Assembly: GCA_965659685.1 (NCBI GenBank)
Contig: CBFHXB010000004.1
Coordinates: forward strand, 14,917 to 78,916
DNA length: 64,000 bases
Origin: Candidatus Poseidoniaceae archaeon
GTDB taxonomy: Archaea; Thermoplasmatota; Poseidoniia; Poseidoniales; Poseidoniaceae
Direction of reading: 5' to 3'
Shown one piece after another: positions 1 through 9,662 of this stretch (its first letter is position 1; each line of letters opens with the position of its first letter). Made by a program: the position numbers and the translations under genes. Below the pieces are notes generated by a model, which did no database searches, was not told where the DNA came from, and worked only from the letters and a program-made list of their open reading frames with translations.

Positions 1-503
1 ATCCGATGCTGGTCCTCGACGACGCATCGTTGGACGTGGCCCTTGGACGATGGGGGTTTACCTCCAATCAACATCCGGTCAAAGCCCCGATCAACGCTCG
101 CGTTGAAACCGTTGCTGAGAAACCCATGTTCAGGGAAGCGATGCGGACCGGCCGCATGGCCGCACCCGCCACGGGATGGTACGAATGGATGGCCTCCCCT
201 ATGGGACGTCACCCCTACCACCACGCGTTGGCCTCAGGAGGCATCATGTGGCTTGCCGGTGTGCTCCATCCAGAGGGATTGCAAGGCTTTGCCTTGCTGA
301 CCCAAGATGCTGGTTCAGCCGTGTCCCATGTTCACCCGAGAATGCCCGTCGTGCTGACCTCTGAACACGTCCACGCCTGGCTTGAGGACGGTACCCTGCC
401 CTCCTCTCCGCCATTGATCGAGGCTTGGCCGGTGGGCATGGATGTCAACCGGACGGGAAACGAAGGACCGCATCTCGCCGAGCGTATCCCGACCTTGTTC
501 TAG
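1..503 (+). CDS. SRAP family (SOS response-associated peptidase / HMCES-YedK-like abasic-site protein), 5'-truncated by window edge
   Basis: Motifs RWG, INARVETVAEKPMFR, PATGWYEW, HPRMPVVL, WPVGMDVN. The catalytic N-terminal Cys (MCGR) is not in the window. Confidence 0.85.
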   Translation, partial: PMLVLDDASLDVALGRWGFTSNQHPVKAPINARVETVAEKPMFREAMRTGRMAAPATGWYEWMASPMGRHPYHHALASGGIMWLAGVLHPEGLQGFALLTQDAGSAVSHVHPRMPVVLTSEHVHAWLEDGTLPSSPPLIEAWPVGMDVNRTGNEGPHLAERIPTLF

Positions 504-523
504 AGGGACAACGCGACGACGAC

Positions 524-529
524 TTGAAG
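524..529 (+). promoter_or_regulatory. Putative TATA-like box (TTGAAG) for the 553 gene
   Basis: 23 nt upstream of ATG 553; same spacing as several other boxes in the window; GGTGA RBS-like motif at 544-548. Confidence 0.4.
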
Positions 530-552
530 CCCCACCTGTGATTGGTGAACGC

Positions 553-2838
553 ATGCGAGCAGCCTCCATCGTGCTGCTTCTCCTCTTGAGCACCGCACCC
601 CTTCACCATGCGGCCGCCTCGTCGGGTGGGCCTTTGGCTTGCCCCGAGACCTTGCCACTCCTTCCCGGACAACCGACCGAGGTGATGCTGATTCAGCACG
701 GCGTGGACAACACCACGCTTGACGTGCAAAACTCCACGGACGTCGAGGTTCGAAACGTCGAGAGCGTGGTCATGGATGGAAACCGAACGTGGACCATGAC
801 GCTCGTGGCGTCCCTTTCTTCACCCAGCGGACACGTTGACATGACGGTCGAGTTGCTTGATGGCGCGTCCATCGGTTCCTGCACCATTGACCTCTGGATT
901 CGGCCTGCATCCGCCCTCGTTTTGGGATCATCAGGACAATCCACCCTGACCGTCAACGAGGGCGTGACCACGCAGGTGGCGGTGAACCTGACCAACGTGG
1001 GATCGGAATCCGAAGACGTTCACTTCACCCTCGAAACCGCAAGCGACTGGGCGTGGGGATGGACCCTCAATGGCGTGAAGGTGGACGATCCAAACGTCAC
1101 CGTCGAGCCGGATGAGCTCATCTACATCGGGGCGTGGATCGACGTGGGTGTGGTCGGTGACGACGGACAACCCCTCTTTGGCACTGGACCCGCGTTCACC
1201 CTCACTGCTTCATCGAGTTTCGACGGACGAGGTGACACCTGGAGCTTTGTCCTCGCGATGGAAGAGGTCCGTCGCGTAGATCTTCGTCTTGAGGAGCCAA
1301 CCCAACCCGTGGCTCCAGGAACCGACGAACGGGTGCAAGTCGTGGTGACGAATCGGGGCAACGTACCGTCGACGGTGAACCTCGGATTGGTGGCCCTTCA
1401 GGAGGACGGATCGGTCGTCGAAGGCTTTGACGCCATCGACCGGTTCCAACGCGACGGGTGGACCTTGGCGTTGTTCGGCGCTTTGCCTTCTGTGGCCATT
1501 GAACCCGGCGCATCACGAACGTTCGAAGTCGGTTTGTTGGCCCCTTGGGCCAGCGAGGGCAGGATGGACGTCCGTGTTCAAGCGAAGATTGGCTCTGCCA
1601 CGGATTCCGTTGACCTCACGGGCATCATCGACCTCCAACGCGCGTTCGACGTGCAAGACGTTACCGTCCGATGTCCTGACCTCGACATGGACCAAGCGTG
1701 TGAGGTACGAGCAAACGTACGGAACGCTGGGACCTATGACGACGTGGCCGCCATCGACCTTCTCCTCAACGAAGCATCCGACGGCATCGTCAACCTTACC
1801 CAGCAAACCGAACGCGTGGTGCTCAACCACGGCCAAGACAAGGACGTGGTGATCGCGCTGTTGAAGGCACATCCCGACGCATTGGCTTTCCAGGCCGCGA
1901 CCTTGGAGGTCCATGTCGGCCCCGAGGGAGGGGACATGGTCAGCATCACGACCTACGACCTGCGCATCGCACCACGTGTGGAGTGGGTGTTCGAATCCGT
2001 GGTCCAGGAAGAGGATGCACGCCAGCGTGTGTCGGTCACGGCAACCCTCCGCAACGATGGAAACGTTGTGGATGGCCTCGTGGTGAGCATGAAAGCATCC
2101 CACGGCATGGACATGGGGCTCGTTCCGCCTGCAGGTGCGCTGGTTGAAGATGAGGCAGAACCTGTTCGGTCCTTCGAAGTGGAAGGGCTTCCGATTGGAA
2201 GCAACGTCACGTTGCGGGCATGGTTCGACCTGCCGAGCGACGAAACCGTCAACGGGACGGTGTTCGTCAACCTGAGCGTTCGTTCAAGGTACGTGCCCGA
2301 ACAAACCTTCCAACACACCGTGGTCGCTCCATACCTTGGCATTCCCTGGCAAGAGTCGGCCACGGAGGACCGGTTTGATCTCGGTGATTTGGCAGGGCAA
2401 GCTTGGGGACTGGTGCAGGTCACGTGGCACATCGTGCTCGCCGTCGGCCTTGCCACGATCATCCTCAATCGGGCCGTCGTCCGCCGGAGTGAACGACGAC
2501 CAACGGGCATGAACGATGCCCAAACGAAGAAGCCAAACGAAACGGCAGAGGATTGGATGGCAGGGTTCCAAACCGGGCAGCAAGCACCACGTCCCGTCGA
2601 GAGCCCGAGCGTTAACTCACAAGCATTCGAACAAGCGTTCCGGAACCGCTCAACACCAAGTCCTGCTCCGACCCCTTCACCGCCAACCGAGCTGACCGAA
2701 GCCGCCAGCGTGGTGTTGGATGTGCGAACAGGTCAAGCAGCAGCCGAGCGGCTTGACGCCCTTGCAGCACATTTGCCACCGGTGAAAGCACCCAAATCAG
2801 AACTTGACTCCTTGCTTGATGACCTTGACTTGGGGTGA
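553..2838 (+). CDS. Secreted, membrane-anchored surface protein with tandem Ig-like (NEW3/CARDB-like) beta-sandwich repeats
   Basis: Signal peptide MRAASIVLLLLL at ATG 553; repeated V-x-V-x-N-x-G-N/S motifs; N-x-S/T sequons; C-terminal TM followed by Pro-rich acidic tail ending ELDSLLDDLDLG. Confidence 0.7.
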   Translation: MRAASIVLLLLLSTAPLHHAAASSGGPLACPETLPLLPGQPTEVMLIQHGVDNTTLDVQNSTDVEVRNVESVVMDGNRTWTMTLVASLSSPSGHVDMTVELLDGASIGSCTIDLWIRPASALVLGSSGQSTLTVNEGVTTQVAVNLTNVGSESEDVHFTLETASDWAWGWTLNGVKVDDPNVTVEPDELIYIGAWIDVGVVGDDGQPLFGTGPAFTLTASSSFDGRGDTWSFVLAMEEVRRVDLRLEEPTQPVAPGTDERVQVVVTNRGNVPSTVNLGLVALQEDGSVVEGFDAIDRFQRDGWTLALFGALPSVAIEPGASRTFEVGLLAPWASEGRMDVRVQAKIGSATDSVDLTGIIDLQRAFDVQDVTVRCPDLDMDQACEVRANVRNAGTYDDVAAIDLLLNEASDGIVNLTQQTERVVLNHGQDKDVVIALLKAHPDALAFQAATLEVHVGPEGGDMVSITTYDLRIAPRVEWVFESVVQEEDARQRVSVTATLRNDGNVVDGLVVSMKASHGMDMGLVPPAGALVEDEAEPVRSFEVEGLPIGSNVTLRAWFDLPSDETVNGTVFVNLSVRSRYVPEQTFQHTVVAPYLGIPWQESATEDRFDLGDLAGQAWGLVQVTWHIVLAVGLATIILNRAVVRRSERRPTGMNDAQTKKPNETAEDWMAGFQTGQQAPRPVESPSVNSQAFEQAFRNRSTPSPAPTPSPPTELTEAASVVLDVRTGQAAAERLDALAAHLPPVKAPKSELDSLLDDLDLG

Positions 2839-2842
2839 CCAT

Positions 2843-3580
2843 GTGCGCGTGGTGGGTGTCGATGAAGCAGGGCGCGGCCCCTGCATCGGACCGCTCTTTG
2901 TTGGAGCAGTGGCGCTTCCTTCGGCTGACCTGCACATGTTGGAACTGCTCGGCGTCACCGATTCCAAACGCCTGAAACCGGCCCAACGTGAAGCCATGGC
3001 TGCAGAACTCCGAAGGTTGGGTGAAGCACGTGATTGGGGGCTGATCGTCCACCCGTTAACGCCACCACGCATCGACGCCGCCGTGGAGCAAAAGGGGCTG
3101 AACCGCCTCGAAGTGGAGGGCTTCGTCGCGGTCATCGACGCCCTTTGGAGGGAAGGAACTGACCATCATCTTGTGCTCGATGCATGCGACGTGGACGAGG
3201 TGCGATTCGGACGGAACGTCGAAACTGGACTTTTGGCGCGAGGGCGGCAACCGGCGAACGTCTTGGCCAAGCACAAGGCCGATGCCGACGAGCGCATCGT
3301 CGGTGCTGCCAGCATCGTTGCGAAGGTGGAACGTGACCGCTGGGTCAGGTCCTTCATCGAAGCATCCGGCATCGACATTGGTTCAGGCTACCCGAGCGAC
3401 CCGAAAATGATGCAAGCGCTCTCAAGCTTGGTGGAAGGCCCACAGCCTCACGTAGACCTCCGTTGGTCATGGGCAACGACGAAACGGGGATGGGAGGCAC
3501 AGCACCCCACCCCTGTCCCCGTCCGAACCGAGGCAGGTACCTCCGTGCAACGGCGCTTGTTCGAGCCACCATCCTCATGA
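2843..3580 (+). CDS. rnhB: Ribonuclease HII (archaeal type)
   Basis: GVDEAGRGP, DSK, DACD, KAD, AASIVAKVERD and GSGYPSDP motifs; GTG 2843 preceded by GGGGTGA RBS that contains the upstream stop codon. Confidence 0.96.
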   Translation: MRVVGVDEAGRGPCIGPLFVGAVALPSADLHMLELLGVTDSKRLKPAQREAMAAELRRLGEARDWGLIVHPLTPPRIDAAVEQKGLNRLEVEGFVAVIDALWREGTDHHLVLDACDVDEVRFGRNVETGLLARGRQPANVLAKHKADADERIVGAASIVAKVERDRWVRSFIEASGIDIGSGYPSDPKMMQALSSLVEGPQPHVDLRWSWATTKRGWEAQHPTPVPVRTEAGTSVQRRLFEPPSS

Positions 3581-5316
3581 ACGAACTCCCGCAGGTCCGC
3601 CCGAGACCGATGACTTGGAACCCCGATGAGGAGACCCTCGCTTTCCTTCGCCTTGTGGCCTTGCAGAACGCGGTGGAATATGCCGGCCAGGCCGTGGCCG
3701 GTTCGGTCGTCGGCCGAATCATGGGCATGCGTGCGGATCTCCGACCGCACGGTCGTGTCCTTGCACCGGCCATCGCCACGGCCGTCGCGGAGGCGAACGC
3801 CTTTGTCGCCGAGGAAGGCTTGGAGGCCGCCCAAGAGGAACTCGCTTCCTTGGCTCCAGAGTTGCTCGAATCCCGCCCAAAGGCCGAACGACGGGTGGGC
3901 TTGCCCGATTTGGAGGGTGCCAAAGAGGGGGAGGTCGTCTTGCGGTTTGCACCAAATCCCAACGGCCCACTCTCCTTTGGACACGCCCGTGGCTTGGTCA
4001 TCAACGGAGCTTATGCAGAACGGTACAAGGGCATCCTGATCCTTCGATTTGACGACACGGACACCGTCGTCAAGCCGCCGATGCCCGAGGCCTACGACAC
4101 CATTCAGCAGGAAATGGAGTGGCTCCTTGGTCGACCCGCCGATAGGGTGGTCATCGCCAGCGACCGGATCGAACTGTACCACGCCCATGCCACGACGATG
4201 ATCGAGCGTGGATTTGGCTACGTGTGCACCTGCAGTGCAGAAGCCTTCCGAGAATTCCGGGTTGCACAGCAGGATTGCCCGTGCCGTGACGGGACCACCG
4301 AAGTGCACGTCACCCGTTGGGAAGGCATGTTGAACGGAGCGTACCGACCTGGTGATGCCGTGGTTCGCGTCAAAACAGGCATGAATCAGCGCAATCCTGC
4401 CCTCCGTGATTGGCCGGCACTTCGCTTGCAGGACACCGTGGCCAATCCCCATCCGCGGCCAGAAGTGGGCTCCAAGCACCAAGTTTGGCCGCTCCTCGAC
4501 TTCCAAAGCGCCATCGAGGACCACCTCCAAGGCGTGACCCACATCATCCGTGGCAAGGACCTGATGGATTCCACGAGAAAGCAAACGCTGCTCTACGAAC
4601 ACTTTGGATGGACCTATCCGAAAACGATGTATTGGGGCCGTGTGAAAGTCCATGAGTGGGGCGGATTCTCCACCTCAGCGATGCGAAAGGACATCGAAAG
4701 CGGTCGCTACGAAGGGTGGAATGACCCTCGCCTCCCGACGCTGTCAGCCCTTGGTCGTCGCGGAATTCAGCCCGAAGCCCTCCGGACGTTTTGGCTTGAA
4801 CTTGCCATCACTCAGAAGGACATCTCTGTGCCTCTGACGAGCCTCTTTTCTCACAACACGAAAGCCGTGGACAGCACTGCACCACGCCTTGCTTTTGTCC
4901 GCGACCCGATCCGGCTTCCGTTGAAGGACGGACCCGCATCAGCGACGTTGGTGCGCTATCCCGATGAGCCAGAAAAGGACCCCAGGCAGCATGACCTCGC
5001 CTCGGGTCACGTGCTTATGGAATCCGAAGATGCCGAGAAATCCGCTTTCCGATTGAAGGATTTGGTGGACGTTGACCTTGAGGACGGCGTGCTGCATGCC
5101 GGAAGCAGGGAGCGTCAGGACAACCGGCCCATCGTCCACTGGACCGTGGACGCCGCACTTCCGACGACGCTTGTGGTCGCTGAAGACGACGAACTTCACG
5201 ACGTCGAAGGACGGTTGGAACCACACGACCATCCAATCGGCACGGTCTTCCAGTTGGAACGGGTGGGATACGCCATCCTGTTGGACGACGGTCGCCTCCT
5301 GATGACCCACGAATAA
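3577..5316 (+). CDS. gltX: Glutamate--tRNA ligase (archaeal, probably non-discriminating)
   Basis: RFAPNPNGPL, LRFDDTD, Zn-binding CTC...CPCR, DWPALR, GVTHIIRGKD, WNDPRLPTL, FQLERVGY; ATGA overlap with rnhB (alternative start 3610). Confidence 0.97.
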   Translation: MNELPQVRPRPMTWNPDEETLAFLRLVALQNAVEYAGQAVAGSVVGRIMGMRADLRPHGRVLAPAIATAVAEANAFVAEEGLEAAQEELASLAPELLESRPKAERRVGLPDLEGAKEGEVVLRFAPNPNGPLSFGHARGLVINGAYAERYKGILILRFDDTDTVVKPPMPEAYDTIQQEMEWLLGRPADRVVIASDRIELYHAHATTMIERGFGYVCTCSAEAFREFRVAQQDCPCRDGTTEVHVTRWEGMLNGAYRPGDAVVRVKTGMNQRNPALRDWPALRLQDTVANPHPRPEVGSKHQVWPLLDFQSAIEDHLQGVTHIIRGKDLMDSTRKQTLLYEHFGWTYPKTMYWGRVKVHEWGGFSTSAMRKDIESGRYEGWNDPRLPTLSALGRRGIQPEALRTFWLELAITQKDISVPLTSLFSHNTKAVDSTAPRLAFVRDPIRLPLKDGPASATLVRYPDEPEKDPRQHDLASGHVLMESEDAEKSAFRLKDLVDVDLEDGVLHAGSRERQDNRPIVHWTVDAALPTTLVVAEDDELHDVEGRLEPHDHPIGTVFQLERVGYAILLDDGRLLMTHE

Positions 5317-5736
5317 TCACGAGCGTGCTCGGTCAAGCGACCGCAGCAGCTTCACTTTCGCCCGAGCGGATGCCAAGTCTGCAGGCGAGAACCAACCAAG
5401 GAAGGTCCCGTCTTCGTCCACACCAACCACCGCGTCAGGTTGTCGGCGGTCGATGGTGGCCACCACTTCGTCGAGCGGTGTATCGACCGGCACGCGAAGC
5501 ACGTCGGAAAGCATCACGTCTCGGCAGACCGATGCGCGCAATTCCGTACCACGCAGCACTTCACGAAACAGGTGGTCGGGACGAATCAGGCCCCTTGGTT
5601 GCCCTTCATCATCGAGCACCACCAACACCCCGCCGGGAACATCGATCAAACGATGTGCGGCTTCCTCAAGGCTGTCCTCAAGACCGATGGTGACGTGTTC
5701 GTCTTCAAGGTCCAAATCACCGAGAACACCGACCAA
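5317..5736 (-). CDS. CBS-domain pair protein
   Basis: Two CBS-like units (LEEAAHRL...VLVVLDDEGQPRGLI; RDVM...VPVDTPLDEVV...VVGVDEDGTFLGWFSPADL). Confidence 0.8.
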   Translation of the reverse strand: MVGVLGDLDLEDEHVTIGLEDSLEEAAHRLIDVPGGVLVVLDDEGQPRGLIRPDHLFREVLRGTELRASVCRDVMLSDVLRVPVDTPLDEVVATIDRRQPDAVVGVDEDGTFLGWFSPADLASARAKVKLLRSLDRARS

Positions 5737-5740
5737 TGCG

Positions 5741-7783
5741 TCACCCCTGAATGGTGATGCCGCGTTGGCAACCTTGGCACACGATCCGCAGCGGTCGTTC
5801 GTGCGATGGAACGTCGTTCACCGTGCCGCATGCAGGGCAGGCAAAGGTCGGCAGCGGAAGGTTCCGGTTCACCTTGGCAGACGAAGACGTCGCCCGGTGG
5901 CGCGAGGCGCGTGGGGACACCAAGGCCGTGACGCCCCAAATGAACGCCGACGATCCTGCTGCACCAAACACGAACATCGAGGGATAGGCGAAAAGAAACA
6001 TGGCCATGACGATGATGGAAAGCAACACGACTTCCGTCATCAGCAACGATCTGCGGCGCTGGCGGGAAACACGCCATCCCAACGCAAGGCCTCCTGCGAG
6101 GACTCCAAGCGTCCCGATCAGCACGAGAAGGGGAGCGTAAAGCGGGGCGCTGGTCGGCGCTGCAATCAACTCGAACGTGATGCCTTGATCCAGGTCTTCT
6201 CCGCTGAGAACGGCGGATTCACCCATTGGCATGCGGCGATGGTTCAGCGTCAATCCCTCGGCCTCGCCCACGTCCAAGCCAACCAAGGAAGTCAAACCGG
6301 AGGTCTTGAGGGTGAGGTCAATCGACCAATCGGACCAGAATGGAACCGGCTGGACGACGATGAAATCCCGTACCAAATCGATCAGCGTGCCGTCCGCAAC
6401 ACGTTCACGGGAGCGAATGGTGATGGTGACGGGGTGACTGATGACGCGCTCGTCACCGTGGAGGTCCAGCGAAACACCCACGGTGTCAAACTCGCCTGAA
6501 TCACCGATCAATTCGTCCGGCTTAAGTCCCAAACCATTGGACAGGAACGAGACGTGGAGCTTGCCCATTTGTTGTTCAAACTCCTGCCGCTCGATGGATT
6601 CAATCATCCTGCTTTCGCGTTCTTCGTCACCGACCCCGCCTGCCCTGAACGACCTGATGGTGGGAGAGAGCGCGAGGTCTTCGCTGCCGAGATGATCGAG
6701 GCTCCAACGCATCCAGAACGACATTTCCCCGTCCAGCGTGATGGCCGTCTGCCGCTCAAGCACCAGTTCACCTCGGTCTTGTGAGAGTTCCATGCTGCCC
6801 ACAACGACCAGCGAAGATCCAGCTCCAGTGGTTCGAAGCGGTTCTTCTGAGGGATAGTAGCTCCCACCGCCACCTTCGCCGTCTTCTGTGGTGAACGTCA
6901 CTTCCGTGGGCTCGCTTGTGATGGAGGATCCTCCACTCTGGAGGCGGATGGTGACCTCAACGGACATGGTTTGTTCACCTGGATCGTCGTCGGTGTACGT
7001 CCACGTGACTCGAATGCCGTCCGCCGATTGTGTTTCGACCGGGTCGCCGGAAACAACGCTCCCATCGAGACGCAGGCTGAGGTCGTCGCTGAACGCGAGC
7101 AGATCGGTCCCAAAGGGCGAGGACAACACCACACCAATGTACGCGTCTGCGCCGTCCGTTTCAACGTCGAGCAAGCGCATTTCGATGGCAGAGAATTCGC
7201 CAGAGATGGAAGCCTCGGCGCCATCGGCCCCCCACAGCACGGAGAGTTGTGAACCGCTCTGAGGGACTGAGAACACCACCGTGCGAGCCAGCAGCACCAC
7301 CTCGAGGTCCCAACCATCACCCACGGTGGACTCCTCGATTGGAACATCGAAGGTGATTGTGCTCTCGCCCGTCCCAACAAAGGTCGAGGGAGCGGGGAGA
7401 GCTCCTGTGTAGACGTTTGAACCGATGGCGACTTCCACGGTAAAGTTGACCTGAGCCCCACCTGCGTTCTCGACCAAAACGGGTAGGCTGATGGTCCACG
7501 TCCCGTCCGGCACCGTCCCGGCATAGAGGTCCTGCAGCCGCCATGTGGCCACGACTTCTTCGGAGGTGACCGCATTCGCAATGACCGCGCTTTCTGGGTC
7601 GTCACCAAGACGTTCTGAGAACGGACTGAGCGAACCGCTGTCTGCGGAGCCCAACATGAACAGCTCGACGTCCGCCGCTGGACAGCAAATGATCTCCGAG
7701 GTCGAGCGACCCTCGGCTGCGGTGGCCGTTGGAACGAACACCAACGGCGCAAGCATCAGCAGCGCCACGAAGACTTGCCGCAC
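5741..7783 (-). CDS. Secreted/membrane protein: large acidic extracellular region, 3 C-terminal TMs, cytoplasmic zinc ribbon
   Basis: Signal peptide MRQVFVALLMLAPLVF; hydrophobic helices near the C-terminus; terminal CPAC-x15-CQGC. Confidence 0.7.
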   Translation of the reverse strand: MRQVFVALLMLAPLVFVPTATAAEGRSTSEIICCPAADVELFMLGSADSGSLSPFSERLGDDPESAVIANAVTSEEVVATWRLQDLYAGTVPDGTWTISLPVLVENAGGAQVNFTVEVAIGSNVYTGALPAPSTFVGTGESTITFDVPIEESTVGDGWDLEVVLLARTVVFSVPQSGSQLSVLWGADGAEASISGEFSAIEMRLLDVETDGADAYIGVVLSSPFGTDLLAFSDDLSLRLDGSVVSGDPVETQSADGIRVTWTYTDDDPGEQTMSVEVTIRLQSGGSSITSEPTEVTFTTEDGEGGGGSYYPSEEPLRTTGAGSSLVVVGSMELSQDRGELVLERQTAITLDGEMSFWMRWSLDHLGSEDLALSPTIRSFRAGGVGDEERESRMIESIERQEFEQQMGKLHVSFLSNGLGLKPDELIGDSGEFDTVGVSLDLHGDERVISHPVTITIRSRERVADGTLIDLVRDFIVVQPVPFWSDWSIDLTLKTSGLTSLVGLDVGEAEGLTLNHRRMPMGESAVLSGEDLDQGITFELIAAPTSAPLYAPLLVLIGTLGVLAGGLALGWRVSRQRRRSLLMTEVVLLSIIVMAMFLFAYPSMFVFGAAGSSAFIWGVTALVSPRASRHRATSSSAKVNRNLPLPTFACPACGTVNDVPSHERPLRIVCQGCQRGITIQG

Positions 7784-7792
7784 GCCATCACC

Positions 7793-8143
7793 TCAGAGAG
7801 CACGCTCAAGGAGGGTTCCAAGTTCTTTCTCGAAGAGACCGACCAATGCGGTCCCAATTTCGCCTTGCAATTCGTCGGGGAGCATGCGCAGTCCAAGACG
7901 CGTCGCGGCTCGGCTGGCCTTGAGTTCGGCATACACGGAACGTGCCTTGGCTTGGAAATAGTAGCCCACGGCCTCCTTGATTTCCGCCTTCAACTCAGGA
8001 TCGTCGTCGATGACGTTCCTGATGTGTGCCTTGAGTTCGTCCTTCACCAAGTCCCGGAACGTTTCCAAGACGAGGTCTTCGGTGGCCATCAAGTCCTGAA
8101 TTTGGTCACGGATGCCGCCCGTCAACAAACGCTCGATGGCCAT
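7793..8143 (-). CDS. Conserved helical hypothetical protein
   Basis: Clean ORF in operon context; amphipathic helices (LVKDELKAHIRNVIDDDPELKAEIKEAV); start moved to ATG 8143. Confidence 0.6.
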   Translation of the reverse strand: MAIERLLTGGIRDQIQDLMATEDLVLETFRDLVKDELKAHIRNVIDDDPELKAEIKEAVGYYFQAKARSVYAELKASRAATRLGLRMLPDELQGEIGTALVGLFEKELGTLLERAL

Positions 8144-8183
8144 GCCATGCCATCGGCACGGGTTCCTTGAAGCCATTGGTGCT

Positions 8184-9095
8184 TCACTTCGGTTCAACCA
8201 ATGCCCCTGACGTCAGCAGGAGGTCCATTCGTCGGCTCATGGACAGTTGACCTTGGGCGCTGTCGACATGAACTTCGTCCGCGAGGCGAGAGGCCTGTTC
8301 CAGCACGTCGAGGGGTTGCCCGGGAAGCACCGGCCGGTGCCAGATCATCTCCTCGAGACGAGCTGAAGCGACGTTGGTTCGGCGCAAGGCAGGCAAGACC
8401 GCTTCTGAGAACCCTCGGGCGCGAGCCTCATGGTCCATTCGAGGCCATGCCTTGCGAAGCCGATTCAGGAGTGAGGCGGAAAGACCGTCTGGAAGCGAAC
8501 TCGGCATGGTTTCCACGTCCGCGAGGTTGGCCACGCGCAGGCTCCCTTCTTCGCAGAGGTGGTCTCGGAGCACCGTGTACCACGGGTCGTAACTCGCGTC
8601 CAAGGCCCCCCGGCCCCACTGTGCCAACAAGGCCCATGGCCGCACGCGTCGAACCCGTGGTCCGGCAGGAGCCATCTGCTCGGCCACCAAGGCACAGAGC
8701 AAGGCCGGACTCAAGGCCCCGGTCCGGGAACGTTGTTCCCGCCCAAGGTCCACGGATGCGCCAACGGAAACAAAGCGATGCAACGGGCCTGAGGTGGACG
8801 GCAACGAGGGATGAGCCTCCTCTTCGTCAAGCACCACGCACCGGAGTTCACCAGGAGCGACGTCGGGTGGAAGGCGTTCTGTGGAGGGCACAAAATGTGT
8901 GGAGGGGGAGAGCGCCCTCCGGTACGGAAGTCCACGGTCCAACATGGCCGCTTCAAGTTGAACCAGACCGAGCACGACGTTCAGATCTGCTGCTCCATCG
9001 AGCACGACGTGGTTCCCAGCGGATAGGGTCGTGGCCACGTCCTTGGCCCATGCCGCGGCCTCCGTGAGGCCGTCGATGGATGACAAGGGTGACAT
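8184..9095 (-). CDS. Degenerate DHH/RecJ-like phosphoesterase-fold protein (catalytic motifs apparently lost)
   Basis: Directly downstream of rps15, where archaea usually encode a DHH protein. Segments resemble DHH motif I (VVLDGAADLNVVLGLVQLEAAMLDRGLPY) and the SGAG...LALVGAVGD region (LSPALLCALVAE...WALLAQWGRG), but DADG and DHH are absent. Confidence 0.5.
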   Translation of the reverse strand: MSPLSSIDGLTEAAAWAKDVATTLSAGNHVVLDGAADLNVVLGLVQLEAAMLDRGLPYRRALSPSTHFVPSTERLPPDVAPGELRCVVLDEEEAHPSLPSTSGPLHRFVSVGASVDLGREQRSRTGALSPALLCALVAEQMAPAGPRVRRVRPWALLAQWGRGALDASYDPWYTVLRDHLCEEGSLRVANLADVETMPSSLPDGLSASLLNRLRKAWPRMDHEARARGFSEAVLPALRRTNVASARLEEMIWHRPVLPGQPLDVLEQASRLADEVHVDSAQGQLSMSRRMDLLLTSGALVEPK

Positions 9096-9138
9096 CGTTC
9101 CGCCTCAACAGCGGGGACACATCAACCTGCGCCAGCGT

Positions 9139-9594
9139 TCACTCGACCATGAGGCGGAGTTGGTCACGCTTGTAGCGCCAGTCGGCAGGCAGTCGACCTT
9201 CGCCGGCGTAATAACTCGCCAGGCGGCGAATCTTGGCTTCGGTGAGTTCGAGCGCACGGCGGTTGTGCAAATCCTTGTGGTTGCTTCCCATGTGGTCGAT
9301 GAGACCGGCGGCGCGGCGCATGAGGTTCATCATGTCCTCGGGGTAGGTGCCGGTCAATTCGGCCTCGGCGAGCACCGCACCGATGCGGCGGCCGAGGACG
9401 AGGCGAGCGTTGGGGACCGCGTGACGGTCGCGGAGGAGGGTGCCGATCTGAGCACTGGAGTGGCCGGCCTTGGCGTAGTCCAAGATGAGGGCTTCAACGG
9501 CCGCCTTGTCCGTGTTGGACCATGCAGGAGCTTCGGTCACGTGAGGCTTCGACGAGCCACTGATACCTTTGCGGGACGAGTACATCCTTGCCAT
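9139..9594 (-). CDS. rps15: 30S ribosomal protein S15 (uS15/S13e)
   Basis: MARMYSSRKGISGS, SSAQIGTLLRD, YPEDMMNLMRRA, HKDLHNRRALELTEAKIRRLASYY, WRYKRD; GGAGG RBS before ATG 9594. Confidence 0.97.
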   Translation of the reverse strand: MARMYSSRKGISGSSKPHVTEAPAWSNTDKAAVEALILDYAKAGHSSAQIGTLLRDRHAVPNARLVLGRRIGAVLAEAELTGTYPEDMMNLMRRAAGLIDHMGSNHKDLHNRRALELTEAKIRRLASYYAGEGRLPADWRYKRDQLRLMVE

Positions 9595-9662
9595 GCATGG
9601 GCCTCCGAACGGTCCGGCGACCTGCTCCCCCCTCTTAACCGCATCGCCGCGGGCCTCCGGTC

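Noticed and set aside
442-552. ORF-track N-terminal extensions (e.g. 442, 3463, 9717, 11642, 11184, 16844, 18522, 35284, 55185)
   Set aside because: They overlap neighbouring genes or promoters and lack homology-like content. Downstream starts match signal peptides, family N-termini, RBS or TATA spacing.
9595-9662. Possible S15 autoregulatory r-leader; 9-bp direct repeat GGGCCTCCG at 9599 and 9651
   Set aside because: A TTAAGA box at 9638-9633 implies a leader of only ~15 nt. One repeat copy is simply the RBS, and no convincing structure is visible. An Rfam/Infernal search would be needed.
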